Of a DNA stretch of 52,528 nucleotides, positions 30,447 through 40,423 are shown in pieces. The stretch is from a virus (lineage: Duplodnaviria > Caudoviricetes). The notes below the pieces were generated by a model, which saw only the letters and a program-made list of their open reading frames with translations, ran no database searches and was not told the origin of the DNA. The stretch is from the IMG/VR virus record IMGVR_UViG_3300032332_001158, positions 1-52,528 of that record; one strand, given 5' to 3'. Every line of letters starts with the position of its first letter. Position 1 is the stretch's first letter. Both the position numbers and the translations under genes were made by a program.

Positions 30447-31108
30447 TATTTTAAATCAAATTTGACTACCCGTCTTACTGTGTCTTCTAGTATTTCGTAA
30501 CTTTCAATTATTTTTTCTAATTCTTCTATATATTCTTCTAATTGATTTTCATTACCACCTAGTTTATAATATATGTCGTCTAACTCAGTTACAGCATCCA
30601 TGTCTTTGGGGCTTAAGTATCTTTTTTCAAGTTCTATTTGTTCATACTCTTCCATAATACCCCTAATTTCATCTCTAAATTCTTCTAGTAATGATAAATC
30701 TTTTTTAACAGAACTAACAAATTCAGTTAACGCTAAAACTATATTTTGATATCCTTCATATTTTTCAAATATATCAATCAATTGTTTTCTCCAAGTAATT
30801 GGTTTAGAATCTAGTTTATTCATAAATTCTTCTAAACCTTGAATCATATCTGTTACTTTATTATAGATTCGAATTTGGCGTTCTTCCTCTAATTTAGAAT
30901 GATATGTTAGATTCCCTGTTTTTAAACGTTGCAGTGCATCTAATTGTTTAGATGTAGCCATTCCTCCTCTTTTCTTAACAGAATTAATTACAGATTGAAA
31001 AAATTGTTTATTAGAATTAGATAACCCATTACTCCGATCAAGTATCTGTTGATAATGATCAGTACTAACCTTTTGGTCTTCAAGTAATAAGTCAACTAAT
31101 TTAATCAT
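30446..31108 (-). CDS. hypothetical head-region protein with leader MIKLVDLLLE
   Basis: 220 aa, coupled overlaps on both sides, coiled-coil C half. Confidence 0.65.
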   Translation of the reverse strand: MIKLVDLLLEDQKVSTDHYQQILDRSNGLSNSNKQFFQSVINSVKKRGGMATSKQLDALQRLKTGNLTYHSKLEEERQIRIYNKVTDMIQGLEEFMNKLDSKPITWRKQLIDIFEKYEGYQNIVLALTEFVSSVKKDLSLLEEFRDEIRGIMEEYEQIELEKRYLSPKDMDAVTELDDIYYKLGGNENQLEEYIEELEKIIESYEILEDTVRRVVKFDLK

Positions 31109-32163
31109 TTTTTACCTTTAGCCAAGTTTTTCCACATTGCAGCTGCTGCTACTTTTTTACCTGCTTCTTCTGATCCGTATTCTTTTTCAGCAGCTTTAGC
31201 TACTTTTTCAAATCCTTTTCCTTTTTTACCAATATCTTTACCAGCGTGTGCTTTTTTAGACACCGCTGATTTTTCTTTTTTAGTTAATCCAGCTGATGGT
31301 TTTTTCTTTTCGTGGATTGGATTTGATTCAGCTTTGCTTAAAATATATTTTACAGCATCACTAGCTCCACCTTCAGATTTTTTATGATCAAAGTACTTTT
31401 TAGTAATTTCAGTTGAATGTTTTTCGAAATATTTTTTAGCCTCGTCGTTATTTTTTAATTTGGCTGTAACTCGAGTTTCAAATTCTTCTTCATCAGCATA
31501 TGCTTTTGGATCTCTTTGAACTTCTTTTAAAGCTTCTTTAATTAATAAATGAATTTGAGAACGCAATACTGATTCTTTTAAGTCACCATATCCTGATGAT
31601 TTAAATTTACCTTTAGGTTCTTTTGGTTCACCTAATCCAGGTGCTTCAGTTGTGTATCCTAATCCCTTAACTCCAAATTGACCATTTTTAACATAGTAAC
31701 TAATGTCTTTAGCTAAGTTTTTAGCTACAATATCTCTTAATTCTTCAACATCTTTATCAGCGTTTTTAGGATCTTTCATTTCAGTGTAATATCCTTTTAA
31801 GAACTCTTGACCAAACACGTTATCATAATTCTTTTTATCCTTATAATCATATCCACGAGTAGCCATATCTGTAACTTCTTTAGTGGTTTCTTTTTCTTCA
31901 GCTTTAGCTTCTTTTTCTTCTTTAAGAGCAGTCATGTTTTCATTAAAGATAGCATGCCAATCTTGTTTTTTACCTGTGGTTACTAGACCACCAATTCCTT
32001 CACTAATAACTCCTCTATTCTTAAGAATACGAGTTGTATCTTCAAATGTGTTAGTTTGTGATAACATATCTGGGAATAAGCGATAAGCTGATTTTAAGAA
32101 GTATGCTTTATCTCCTTTACCTTCTTTAATAAGGTTATATTGTGTTTGTAGTGTTTTTTCCAT
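31105..32163 (-). CDS. putative internal head protein (modular, basic C-terminus)
   Basis: 352 aa, multiple [LI]xE sites, Lys-rich C-terminal module. Confidence 0.6.
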   Translation of the reverse strand: MEKTLQTQYNLIKEGKGDKAYFLKSAYRLFPDMLSQTNTFEDTTRILKNRGVISEGIGGLVTTGKKQDWHAIFNENMTALKEEKEAKAEEKETTKEVTDMATRGYDYKDKKNYDNVFGQEFLKGYYTEMKDPKNADKDVEELRDIVAKNLAKDISYYVKNGQFGVKGLGYTTEAPGLGEPKEPKGKFKSSGYGDLKESVLRSQIHLLIKEALKEVQRDPKAYADEEEFETRVTAKLKNNDEAKKYFEKHSTEITKKYFDHKKSEGGASDAVKYILSKAESNPIHEKKKPSAGLTKKEKSAVSKKAHAGKDIGKKGKGFEKVAKAAEKEYGSEEAGKKVAAAAMWKNLAKGKK

Positions 32164-32165
32164 GG

Positions 32166-32651
32166 TTATTTTTTAAATAATTCTATTACATCATCTAATA
32201 AAGATGCTGCTAAATCGGTACCATAAATTGCTTTAAACTGAGGGTTTTCTCGGTATGTATTTATAGTTTCTTTTTTAGCGTCGCTTATTAGTTGAATAAG
32301 TTCTTTTAGTTTATCTGATAAGTTATTGTAATCGCCTAGTCGTCCTGCTATGTATTTTTTAATTTCTTCATTATCTGTAGGTAATGTAGAAATGTATGCT
32401 TCTATATCAAACGATGGTTGTCCTTCTTCTTCCCATAACTGTTTTACATCAACACCTTTAGCTTTTTTGTTTAAAGCTTTTTTATTAACAGGTTTAAATC
32501 CTAATTTATAATAGTAAATTGGAGCTTTACCTGCTACAGGAGTAGGGTAATTTTCTCCTTCACCAGCAACAAATGATGCCCCGGTTCCGGTAGCACTCAT
32601 TTCTTTAATTTTTTTTCTAATAGATCCTTTTATTTTATCTATTTTATTCAT
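32166..32651 (-). CDS. head-region protein carrying a capsid N-arm-like peptide
   Basis: IKE-MSATGTGASFVAGEGE resembles the capsid protein VVE-ASSTGTGASFTVGQGE. Confidence 0.6.
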   Translation of the reverse strand: MNKIDKIKGSIRKKIKEMSATGTGASFVAGEGENYPTPVAGKAPIYYYKLGFKPVNKKALNKKAKGVDVKQLWEEEGQPSFDIEAYISTLPTDNEEIKKYIAGRLGDYNNLSDKLKELIQLISDAKKETINTYRENPQFKAIYGTDLAASLLDDVIELFKK

Positions 32652-33505
32652 TTTGCTAATGTTTCTAATTCTTCAACTAATTGATAGTATTGTAACAAAT
32701 TTACTAAATTATCGTCATTTGGTTTATCATTTTTACCTAATACAGGTAAAATACTAATCACTTCATTGATTTTAATTTGAATTGCTTTATCAGTAACTGT
32801 TTTATTAAGATTAGCTAAATGATTTTTAATTTCATTTACTTTAGTATTGTAAAATTCTTTTAATTTAGGATTACTATCAACACTATTAATAAATTCTTTT
32901 AATACTACCTTTTGATTATGATTTAAATCAGCATATTTGCTATTAAATTTTTCTAACAACATTTTATATGCTAATGCTTGAACATCTTTATCTTGTTGTT
33001 TAAATTCCTCTAATACATTACTTTCAACCTCTTGCTTATCAATTGTAGATTTAGTTAAAAACTCTAATAAAACAGTTTTATTTTCTATAATTTGGCCAGG
33101 GCTTAAATCATTTTCTCCATTATATATTTCTAATAAAGAATATAATGCGGCTTGTGCTTTGTAATTAGGTAGTTTTGTTTTAAAGAAATCTTCAATATTA
33201 TAATGTTTTCTGATTTCGTTAACTAAATTATACTTTTGTCTTCTTAATGCTGAGCGGTTTAAATGTTTAGCACTTTCAACTATGGTGCTGATCACCATAT
33301 CTGCTTTGGCTTCACTAACATTTACATTCTTAAAGAAATTTTCGTATAACTTGTATTCTCTTCCTAATTCAGTTTTTGTAAAATATTTCTTTAGTATACC
33401 TGATGCCTTTGATTCTGCTCCAGACAGCGTATCTGCTGTAATCTGTCTCACAAGTAATTCAAAGAGGATGCCAGTATTTTTGTACTTTGAATGTTTAATA
33501 GTCAT
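32648..33505 (-). CDS. head assembly-region hypothetical protein
   Basis: 285-aa helical ORF directly after the portal, own ATATTTATA motif. Confidence 0.65.
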   Translation of the reverse strand: MTIKHSKYKNTGILFELLVRQITADTLSGAESKASGILKKYFTKTELGREYKLYENFFKNVNVSEAKADMVISTIVESAKHLNRSALRRQKYNLVNEIRKHYNIEDFFKTKLPNYKAQAALYSLLEIYNGENDLSPGQIIENKTVLLEFLTKSTIDKQEVESNVLEEFKQQDKDVQALAYKMLLEKFNSKYADLNHNQKVVLKEFINSVDSNPKLKEFYNTKVNEIKNHLANLNKTVTDKAIQIKINEVISILPVLGKNDKPNDDNLVNLLQYYQLVEELETLAK

Positions 33506-33544
33506 TCTTAGGTATATTTTTTATTATAAATATGTATAAAGATA

Positions 33545-35425
33545 TTATTCTCGTATTTGGGATTCATCTAATAGTGAGGACTCTTCTCTTTTTAATGAAA
33601 TTTTCTTTTCTAAACCTTCAAGTAAAGTTTTATTTTGAAGAGTTTCTAAAGCTAATGGTGAACCACCTTTAAAATTATTTCTTAAAGTTTTATCTTCGCC
33701 AGTATCATCACCTTTTTTCATACCCACTGCCCCCAATCTATCTTTACCAAATGGGTTTTCTTGTGTTCCAATATTGGTTGTTTTTTCTTTAGGACGACCT
33801 AATTTAAGATCTTCATCATATCCTGTAGGTAAGCCTCCATTTCTGCTAACTCCATACAATGTTGCTAAGTCATGAGGTGTACCATATGATTTACCTGACT
33901 CTAATGGGTCATTACCTTCGTTTTCAATTTGCTTTAATCTAAATGCGCGTTTTTGGTCTTCTGCAATTAAATCTCGGTATTCATCATATTGGTCTTCACT
34001 TAAATGGAATACATTATCATAAATCCAGTCTGTAGGTAATAATTTAGTTTCCATTAAGTTACGAGCTAGATCTACCTTTTCTTTCATTAACGCAATTCTT
34101 TCTTGATCATAAATGATAGAAGGAGTAGTTAATAATAATTCAAAATTAGTTAATTGTTCGTTTCTATATCCTTGAGTATACAAATGAACCAATGCAATTT
34201 TATTTAATTCAGATAATATAATTCTTTGAATACGATCAATTGTACGAGCAAAACGAATATCTTCTGCTGCTAATGTTGCTTTACCAGTTAAGTCTTTTTC
34301 ATAACCCATGAATGCTTTAGGTACTTTTAAAGCAGCAAATAATTTATCTCTTAAGTAAACTACATCATCTATTGCTGTATAGTCCATGCCTTTAGTAGGT
34401 TCAATCTTAGTAGCACTATCATTACCTCTTACAGGAATATAAAAATCTTCTAGTAAGTTTTGTTGGTTATACTTCATGTTATATTCACCACTTTGGGGAT
34501 CAATAAATGGAGTTTTCTTCATTGTATTGATAGTCTTTTGCATGAAGTTTTCTACTTCATTTGGTGGAATAGAACCAACATTAATATAGAAAATACGTTT
34601 TTCTGGGGCACGAACAATACGATGGATTAACATAGCATCTTCCATCAAAATATATTGTTTGAATAATTTACGAGCAGGTTCTAGATATGATCTACCATAT
34701 GGGAGATAGTTAACATCAGTAATTAATCTGAAGTGAGCCATCTCATAATTGTCAAAATAAATCTTATTATCTTGTTTGGTAGCAGAATAAGTACCTTGAC
34801 CTGTCACTCCATAATATCCTGTTCCACCTGCGTATCCATCTGGTGAAAAAGCATATCTAACAGCTGCTGGTGATTTTGGATCGTATCCTTCTTCACGAGC
34901 AATATGGTAAGCAGTGTATGGTATAACATTATATACACCAAACTTTTCAGCTATTTCTAATTTTAAGAAAAAGTCACCATACTTACACATTTGACGAATC
35001 CATGACCATAAATTAAACTCAATGTTTAATACATCATAAAATAAATTATATAAGATCTTTTGTGTATCTTCGTCACTACTTCTGATTTGAAGTACCTCTC
35101 CCATATCGTTCTTGAGAGTACATTCGTCTGCGATTATATCCAAAGCAGATGCGATGATAGCGTCTGTATCCATGGCATCATAATCAGAATAGATTTGAGT
35201 ACGTAAGTATCTCCAGTTAAGATTTAATTGAGCACCATAAAGTGAGGTACTATTACTTGAATATATGCGATTATATCTGTCTACAAGAGCGTTTGTTTGA
35301 AATTCTCCAGTTGATTGGATGCTATTAACATCCATTACTTTTAATTCATTTCCTCCAGCATTACGAATAATTACATCTGTTGAAAATAATCGTTGTAGCC
35401 TTGAAAATATACTAGTATCTGCCAT
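33545..35425 (-). CDS. gp20: portal protein (T4 gp20-like)
   Basis: MEDAMLIHRIVRAPEKRIFYINVG, LEDFYIPVRG, ALKVP. Confidence 0.95.
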   Translation of the reverse strand: MADTSIFSRLQRLFSTDVIIRNAGGNELKVMDVNSIQSTGEFQTNALVDRYNRIYSSNSTSLYGAQLNLNWRYLRTQIYSDYDAMDTDAIIASALDIIADECTLKNDMGEVLQIRSSDEDTQKILYNLFYDVLNIEFNLWSWIRQMCKYGDFFLKLEIAEKFGVYNVIPYTAYHIAREEGYDPKSPAAVRYAFSPDGYAGGTGYYGVTGQGTYSATKQDNKIYFDNYEMAHFRLITDVNYLPYGRSYLEPARKLFKQYILMEDAMLIHRIVRAPEKRIFYINVGSIPPNEVENFMQKTINTMKKTPFIDPQSGEYNMKYNQQNLLEDFYIPVRGNDSATKIEPTKGMDYTAIDDVVYLRDKLFAALKVPKAFMGYEKDLTGKATLAAEDIRFARTIDRIQRIILSELNKIALVHLYTQGYRNEQLTNFELLLTTPSIIYDQERIALMKEKVDLARNLMETKLLPTDWIYDNVFHLSEDQYDEYRDLIAEDQKRAFRLKQIENEGNDPLESGKSYGTPHDLATLYGVSRNGGLPTGYDEDLKLGRPKEKTTNIGTQENPFGKDRLGAVGMKKGDDTGEDKTLRNNFKGGSPLALETLQNKTLLEGLEKKISLKREESSLLDESQIRE

Positions 35426-35450
35426 TTTAAATTAATTATGTTTATAAATA

Positions 35451-37022
35451 TTACAATAACCAACTAATGTCCTCTTGTCCGTAGCCATAATTCATTTGAT
35501 ATGGGTTATTATACTGGTTTGGAGAATATGCTCCATTAAAATTTGGTTTTGGTGCTGAGATGTTATTTAACATGGCACGGGTTAAATCCATTCCTTGAGA
35601 TTTGAATTTTAAGGCTGTGTCTCTTACATACATTGCTGTTCCAAAACTCATTACTAAATCATCGTTGTATCCTTGTTGTGCTTCTGCTTTACCATTTTTC
35701 CAAACGAATACTTTCATTTCTTCTACTAAACGTTTAGATTGTATAATAACACTCTTATCCCCAATATACTCACGAAATTTATTAATGACAAGGGGTCTTG
35801 TTCTTAAATTCATAGTAAAACCAGGTACTAATTTAGATGGGTCATCTAATTTTTCTAAATAAGATTCAGCATTTACTGTTTCAGTTTTAGGAGAATAATA
35901 TAAATTTCTATATCCTCTTTCTTGAATAGCATCTAATGTTGCCCATCCAATATTATTATTTTCAACAACTAACAGTGCTTCATTATATTCAGTAGCAATA
36001 GCTACTAGTAAGTAACCAAATTCTTTTGGTGATAATTGTCCTTTATATTCACCTACTTGAGTATTTGTTTCAACGTCTATAATATGAAATGCAGAAAAGT
36101 CTTTACTATCACCTCGGGCAACATCTGCTACAACCATATAACTACGACTATAGTCAGCTGGTTCCCATATCCATAAGTTATGGTCAATGCCTCTTCTTTC
36201 TAGTGGTTCTTTAACATAGGTTTGAGTGATAAAATCTAGGTATTCAGTATAAAATACAACATCACCTGATGTATTAAAGTCACAGTCACACTCTTGTGCT
36301 GCTAATCTAGGATCGCCTAATAAATCATCTTGTCTTTTTCTCCAAACTTCATCTCGTTCAGGATGAACATACCATGGTAATTTAATAGGTAAAAAGTCAT
36401 TTTCACCAGCTTCTGCTTTAACCCATGTTTGGTGAAACCAGTTACCAGTACCAAATGGAGTAGATAATACAATTGCTCCTCCTCCAGTTGCTAATGTTTG
36501 TTGAGCAGAAGCCCATATCTCACTAATTCCATCAATAAACGCAGCCTCATCTATAATAAGAAGTGAAACTGCTTCTGATCGACCTGCGTCACCTGCTGCT
36601 GAGACTGCTTTAACTTGTGAGCCATTACTTAATCGTAATGTCAGTTTATTGTTTTCTTCAGCTGGTATTTTTAGCCATGATGGTAAATTTTCAAACATGA
36701 ATTTAACTTTCGTTACCATGTTTTTAGCTGTTTCTTGTTTAGTAGCTATACATAAGACGTTTTTATCTTTTTGAAACAACATTAACCATAATGAATAACC
36801 TGCTACTAAAGTTGATATACCTAATTGTCTTGATTTAAGTATTATATCATATGGATTATCTCTCCATAAATGTAATACTTTTTCTTGGAATGGGTATAAA
36901 TTGAATATAATTCTACCACGTTGCGGGTGCTGGATGTGGCAGTATTTTTTCATAAAGTGCGCTGGGTCTTGAGCGCACTTAAGATATTCCTCTCGGATTA
37001 TTTGTTTTATATCTTGAGACAT
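35451..37022 (-). CDS. terL: terminase large subunit (T4 gp17-like)
   Basis: KSRQLGIST Walker A, LIIDEAAF Walker B, LSTP coupling motif, ADVARG/NDDLVM nuclease motifs. Confidence 0.95.
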   Translation of the reverse strand: MSQDIKQIIREEYLKCAQDPAHFMKKYCHIQHPQRGRIIFNLYPFQEKVLHLWRDNPYDIILKSRQLGISTLVAGYSLWLMLFQKDKNVLCIATKQETAKNMVTKVKFMFENLPSWLKIPAEENNKLTLRLSNGSQVKAVSAAGDAGRSEAVSLLIIDEAAFIDGISEIWASAQQTLATGGGAIVLSTPFGTGNWFHQTWVKAEAGENDFLPIKLPWYVHPERDEVWRKRQDDLLGDPRLAAQECDCDFNTSGDVVFYTEYLDFITQTYVKEPLERRGIDHNLWIWEPADYSRSYMVVADVARGDSKDFSAFHIIDVETNTQVGEYKGQLSPKEFGYLLVAIATEYNEALLVVENNNIGWATLDAIQERGYRNLYYSPKTETVNAESYLEKLDDPSKLVPGFTMNLRTRPLVINKFREYIGDKSVIIQSKRLVEEMKVFVWKNGKAEAQQGYNDDLVMSFGTAMYVRDTALKFKSQGMDLTRAMLNNISAPKPNFNGAYSPNQYNNPYQMNYGYGQEDISWLL

Positions 37023-37036
37023 AACATTTTAAAATG

Positions 37037-37216
37037 TTAAAGTTTTTTTATAGATTTAACATTTTGGTTTTGGGATTTAAATTTAAGAGCCTCAGCATCA
37101 TTAGTAAATGATTGAGTAGTTTTACCAGTAACTCCTGTTAACTCATAAGCTACATTTTCATCTAATAACTCAGTAATTATTTCTTCAATTTGTTTTTTAA
37201 GGTCTGAACGTTTCAT
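37037..37216 (-). CDS. 59-aa protein missing from the ORF track (MKRSDLKKQIEEIITELLDE...)
   Basis: manual translation; ATATTTATA motif 14 nt upstream; shared leader. Confidence 0.7.
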   Translation of the reverse strand: MKRSDLKKQIEEIITELLDENVAYELTGVTGKTTQSFTNDAEALKFKSQNQNVKSIKKL

Positions 37217-37238
37217 ATTTAGGGTTTATATATAAATA

Positions 37239-37769
37239 TCAAAAACCTAAATGAAATTTAACCTGTTCAATACGATGTTCAGTAGTACCTGATATAATTC
37301 CAAAGTTTTTAAAATTACCTAAATTGTCTTTAACAATATATTTGATAGTTAAATCAATTAACTCACGATATTCAGCATTAGTTTCTCTAACTCCATTATC
37401 TTCAATTTCTACTCCAATAGGAGAAACATAGAATACATAATCATATTCTTTAATAAACATTGAAGCATATTTAATAAATTCTTCTTTATCTACTTTATCA
37501 ATAGATTTAGCACAATGAGTAAAAGCCATTACATCAATAATTGTTCTATCAGTAATAACATTTTCTCTCATTAATTCAGAACAACGTTCAGCTAAGAATA
37601 TTGTTTGACCTTTTAATGTACTATCAGTGTTTAATGGAATACCTAAATCACGTAAATATTTACTACGTTCAGTAACAAAATAATAATCTTTAAATTCAGG
37701 TAATTCCTTTAAAGCATTTACTAATGTTGATTTACCAACACTCATTGTTCCACAAAATCCTATTTTCAT
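37239..37769 (-). CDS. P-loop NTPase/kinase, AAA_28 (NadR/Ttd14-like)
   Basis: KIGFCGTMSVGKST, ITDRTIID, IEDNGVR. Confidence 0.8.
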   Translation of the reverse strand: MKIGFCGTMSVGKSTLVNALKELPEFKDYYFVTERSKYLRDLGIPLNTDSTLKGQTIFLAERCSELMRENVITDRTIIDVMAFTHCAKSIDKVDKEEFIKYASMFIKEYDYVFYVSPIGVEIEDNGVRETNAEYRELIDLTIKYIVKDNLGNFKNFGIISGTTEHRIEQVKFHLGF

Positions 37770-38320
37770 AATACTATCTTTTTTTCGTGACCTACTATAA
37801 TTGTAGGATCAATATACGATCTAAATCCTTTTTGCCTAGCTTTTTCTTGAAAAGTAAAATCTTCCCATTGGTCAGGATCTATAGGTTCGAATGGGTCTAT
37901 TATGTAATCTAGTACTTCACGTTTAACCAACATAAAACCCATTCCATTTGCTTTTACTTCAATTAAATTAGTTTGACCTTCAATATCATTAACAGTTAAT
38001 GTACGACCATCTACCCCACAACATGCAAATATGTCTGGTGTTTTTTTGTATATTCCTGATACTATGGGTAAATTGTGGTTTACTAATTTTTCAAGCATTT
38101 GGAAATTAAATACTTGATCACTATCAATCCACATATAGTGAGTTGGTCTTAGCATTTTGGCTCGATCAAGTAACGCTTGTCTATTGTAAAATACATTTGG
38201 AACATAACCTGTAACATGAAACCAATCCCATTCTTTAGGAATTGATTTTAATGTATTTGTCCAACTATTTAAAAATTTTTCCGAAAATTCTCTACCCGGA
38301 AGAATAAAACCTATTTTCAT
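37766..38320 (-). CDS. GT-A fold glycosyltransferase-like protein
   Basis: MWIDSD DxD motif, GMGFMLVKREV, ED..F, VGHEK. Confidence 0.75.
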   Translation of the reverse strand: MKIGFILPGREFSEKFLNSWTNTLKSIPKEWDWFHVTGYVPNVFYNRQALLDRAKMLRPTHYMWIDSDQVFNFQMLEKLVNHNLPIVSGIYKKTPDIFACCGVDGRTLTVNDIEGQTNLIEVKANGMGFMLVKREVLDYIIDPFEPIDPDQWEDFTFQEKARQKGFRSYIDPTIIVGHEKKIVL

Positions 38321-38321
38321 A

Positions 38322-38558
38322 TTAAAATCTAGCTTTAGCTACACTTGATTTATACCAAGGCAACCCATCACCACTTTTCTTTGCTTTCTTCCATTCATCC
38401 TTAGTATGCTCAAAACCGTTAATAAAATATTCTTCTTTACCATCTGGGTGGATTACAGCTGGGCCTTCCCAGTTATGTAATTTGCCATCTTTCATGTAAC
38501 GTACTGTGCCATCTGTTGATGTGTACTTTTTAACTTGTAATGATTGGTCTATTTCCAT
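38322..38558 (-). CDS. hypothetical protein with an LHxxxGPA motif
   Basis: GKLHNWEGPAVIHPDGKEEYFING. Confidence 0.65.
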   Translation of the reverse strand: MEIDQSLQVKKYTSTDGTVRYMKDGKLHNWEGPAVIHPDGKEEYFINGFEHTKDEWKKAKKSGDGLPWYKSSVAKARF

Positions 38559-38570
38559 AATTTTATTTTT

Positions 38571-38581
38571 CTGTAAATATA
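38571..38581 (-). promoter_or_regulatory. class 2 motif TATATTTACAG
   Basis: identical copies at 40921-40931 and 44305-44315, each before a non-structural gene. Confidence 0.55.
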
Positions 38582-38586
38582 CGACT

Positions 38587-39357
38587 TTATTTTGTTAAGA
38601 GCAAATCTTCAGCAACATAAATTCCTTGAGCTCCACTAACTGTAATTCCACGAGCAGATAAAGCATCTCCTACAAAATGTACATTGGGGTAATCAACTAA
38701 TGCTAAGTTTTTATAATCTACTAATGGTTCAGGGCTTAAATATTTTACCTCAGGAACATATATTCCATAATCACCACCAAACTCAAATATTTTATCCATA
38801 TCATTGATAAAGTTCTCAACATATGTAAAATATTCACCCATTACTTCTTTAACTGTAGTTAAATCAAATATTTGAGTAGTATTAATTAGTTCATGTTCTG
38901 ATGTTTTAGATGGATTTCTTAATGGGCTATAATATAAGCCTGTTCCACCAATTTGTAATTTATTAACAACATCTCTTGACCATTCAAATGGATTCTTAAT
39001 ACCTTTGATTTCCATTAGAATACCAAAGTTAGTCATATTGTTTCTAAATTCTTCACCTTTTTTAGCATGGCCATTATAACTAACATCACCATATGTTTCT
39101 TCTACTGCTACATAAGCTGCGTTATTGTTAGTACAGAATGAACGTAATGATACATTATCAAACTTTTGATATAGTTTAAAATCATAACTAACATCAATTA
39201 GTTTTTGGAAATATTTTTGTGGTGCTTCAAAACGTACTCCAATTTGTACTGATTTTGGTTCTGTAGGTAATTTATAATCGTTTGATAGTGATTGAGCAAA
39301 GTCAATACCTGATTTACCTACTGCGAAGATAAGAGAGTCGTATTTTATTTTTTTCAT
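38587..39357 (-). CDS. FAD-dependent oxidoreductase (COG2509-like), C-terminal half
   Basis: LIFAVGKSG, QIGVRFE, RSFCTN, YNGH, PEVKY, HFVGDALSARGITVSGAQG. Confidence 0.8.
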   Translation of the reverse strand: MKKIKYDSLIFAVGKSGIDFAQSLSNDYKLPTEPKSVQIGVRFEAPQKYFQKLIDVSYDFKLYQKFDNVSLRSFCTNNNAAYVAVEETYGDVSYNGHAKKGEEFRNNMTNFGILMEIKGIKNPFEWSRDVVNKLQIGGTGLYYSPLRNPSKTSEHELINTTQIFDLTTVKEVMGEYFTYVENFINDMDKIFEFGGDYGIYVPEVKYLSPEPLVDYKNLALVDYPNVHFVGDALSARGITVSGAQGIYVAEDLLLTK

Positions 39358-39368
39358 ATTATTTATTT

Positions 39369-39785
39369 TTAAAATTTAACCATAAAAATATCATCGTGTC
39401 CAAAATTTGATAGATCTGGTCTATTTTCAAATCCAAACTTTTTATAAAATTTAATCAAATCTTCTTGTGACATATTACTATTTGTATCATAATGCCCTCC
39501 TACGGATGCTCTTAATGCTACTGGTATTCTTTGTTCTTTAGCATATTCTATAGCACTTTGAATAATTTTAGAACCATATCCTTTTCCTTGAAATTCCGGT
39601 TTAATAGAAATATCATTAATGAATAATGCTTCTTCTCCGTCTGATAGTGTTTCTAGGCCAAACTCTATAATACCATAATCTTTATTTATGGTCACATAAT
39701 TACCAGTATCATAAAATTCAGATGCTCTACCCCAATTTATTGTTTCTTCTAATAAATCTATTAATTTAATTCTTTTATTTTCCAT
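39369..39785 (-). CDS. GNAT acetyltransferase with the shared leader
   Basis: ISIKPEFQGKGYGSKII acetyl-CoA motif A, LIKFYKKFGF motif B; N-terminal IKLIDLLEE. Confidence 0.85.
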   Translation of the reverse strand: MENKRIKLIDLLEETINWGRASEFYDTGNYVTINKDYGIIEFGLETLSDGEEALFINDISIKPEFQGKGYGSKIIQSAIEYAKEQRIPVALRASVGGHYDTNSNMSQEDLIKFYKKFGFENRPDLSNFGHDDIFMVKF

Positions 39786-40423
39786 CCTTTATACGTTTTT
39801 GCTTTATTTGTTATTAAATTATATATTCCTTTATATCTTAAATTATATTTCTTTTGAAAATCATATCTAATACCATTAAATTCTTCATTAGTATCTATAT
39901 TAATAAAAGAATAAATATTATTATCTACAAATTTATATTTTCCTTCTTCAGTATGTTTTGAACGTCCTTTCATTTTATTACTTAAATGTAATTTAAGTTC
40001 TTCGCTGTATCTAAATCCTTCAGGACGACCAATCTTAATACCTTGTTGTTTATTATGCTTTAATCCTTTATCTTTTCTAATTTTAGTTCTATTTTGTTTT
40101 ACACCTATTTTTTTAGATCTAATTTTTTCAATAGTTTCATCAGAATGAGTATTAGGACCGCCTCCACCTCTATTTTGATTTATTAAATTAAATCCCCATA
40201 TTTTAAACTGCTCAATCCAATAACATTCCCATTGTTTCCATTCTTCAATATTAACTTTATCTATAACATAAAAATTAATATTTTCTCCATATTCACGTTT
40301 CCAATCAGCTTCTCTAGATTTTACATTTTTTGTTTTACCTATATAAAATATATTATTATCTTTTTCTAAATAATATATAAAAGCTTTATTTTTTAGTTTT
40401 AACGGGTTTATATTCGATTTCAT
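39761..40423 (-). mobile_element. GIY-YIG homing endonuclease with NUMOD3-like repeats (ATG at 40423)
   Basis: FIYYL...FYIGKT...R, ECYWI, NLINQNRGG, HSDETIEKIR and YSEELKLHLS; C-terminal HTH-like YKGW. Confidence 0.85.

Noticed and set aside
36975-37022. TerL N-terminus MSQDIKQIIREEYLKC as a member of the leader family
   Set aside because: It overlaps the E-x-x-KC..D..[HY]F helix typical of T4-like terminases, and terminase is not a packaged protein; resemblance is probably coincidental.
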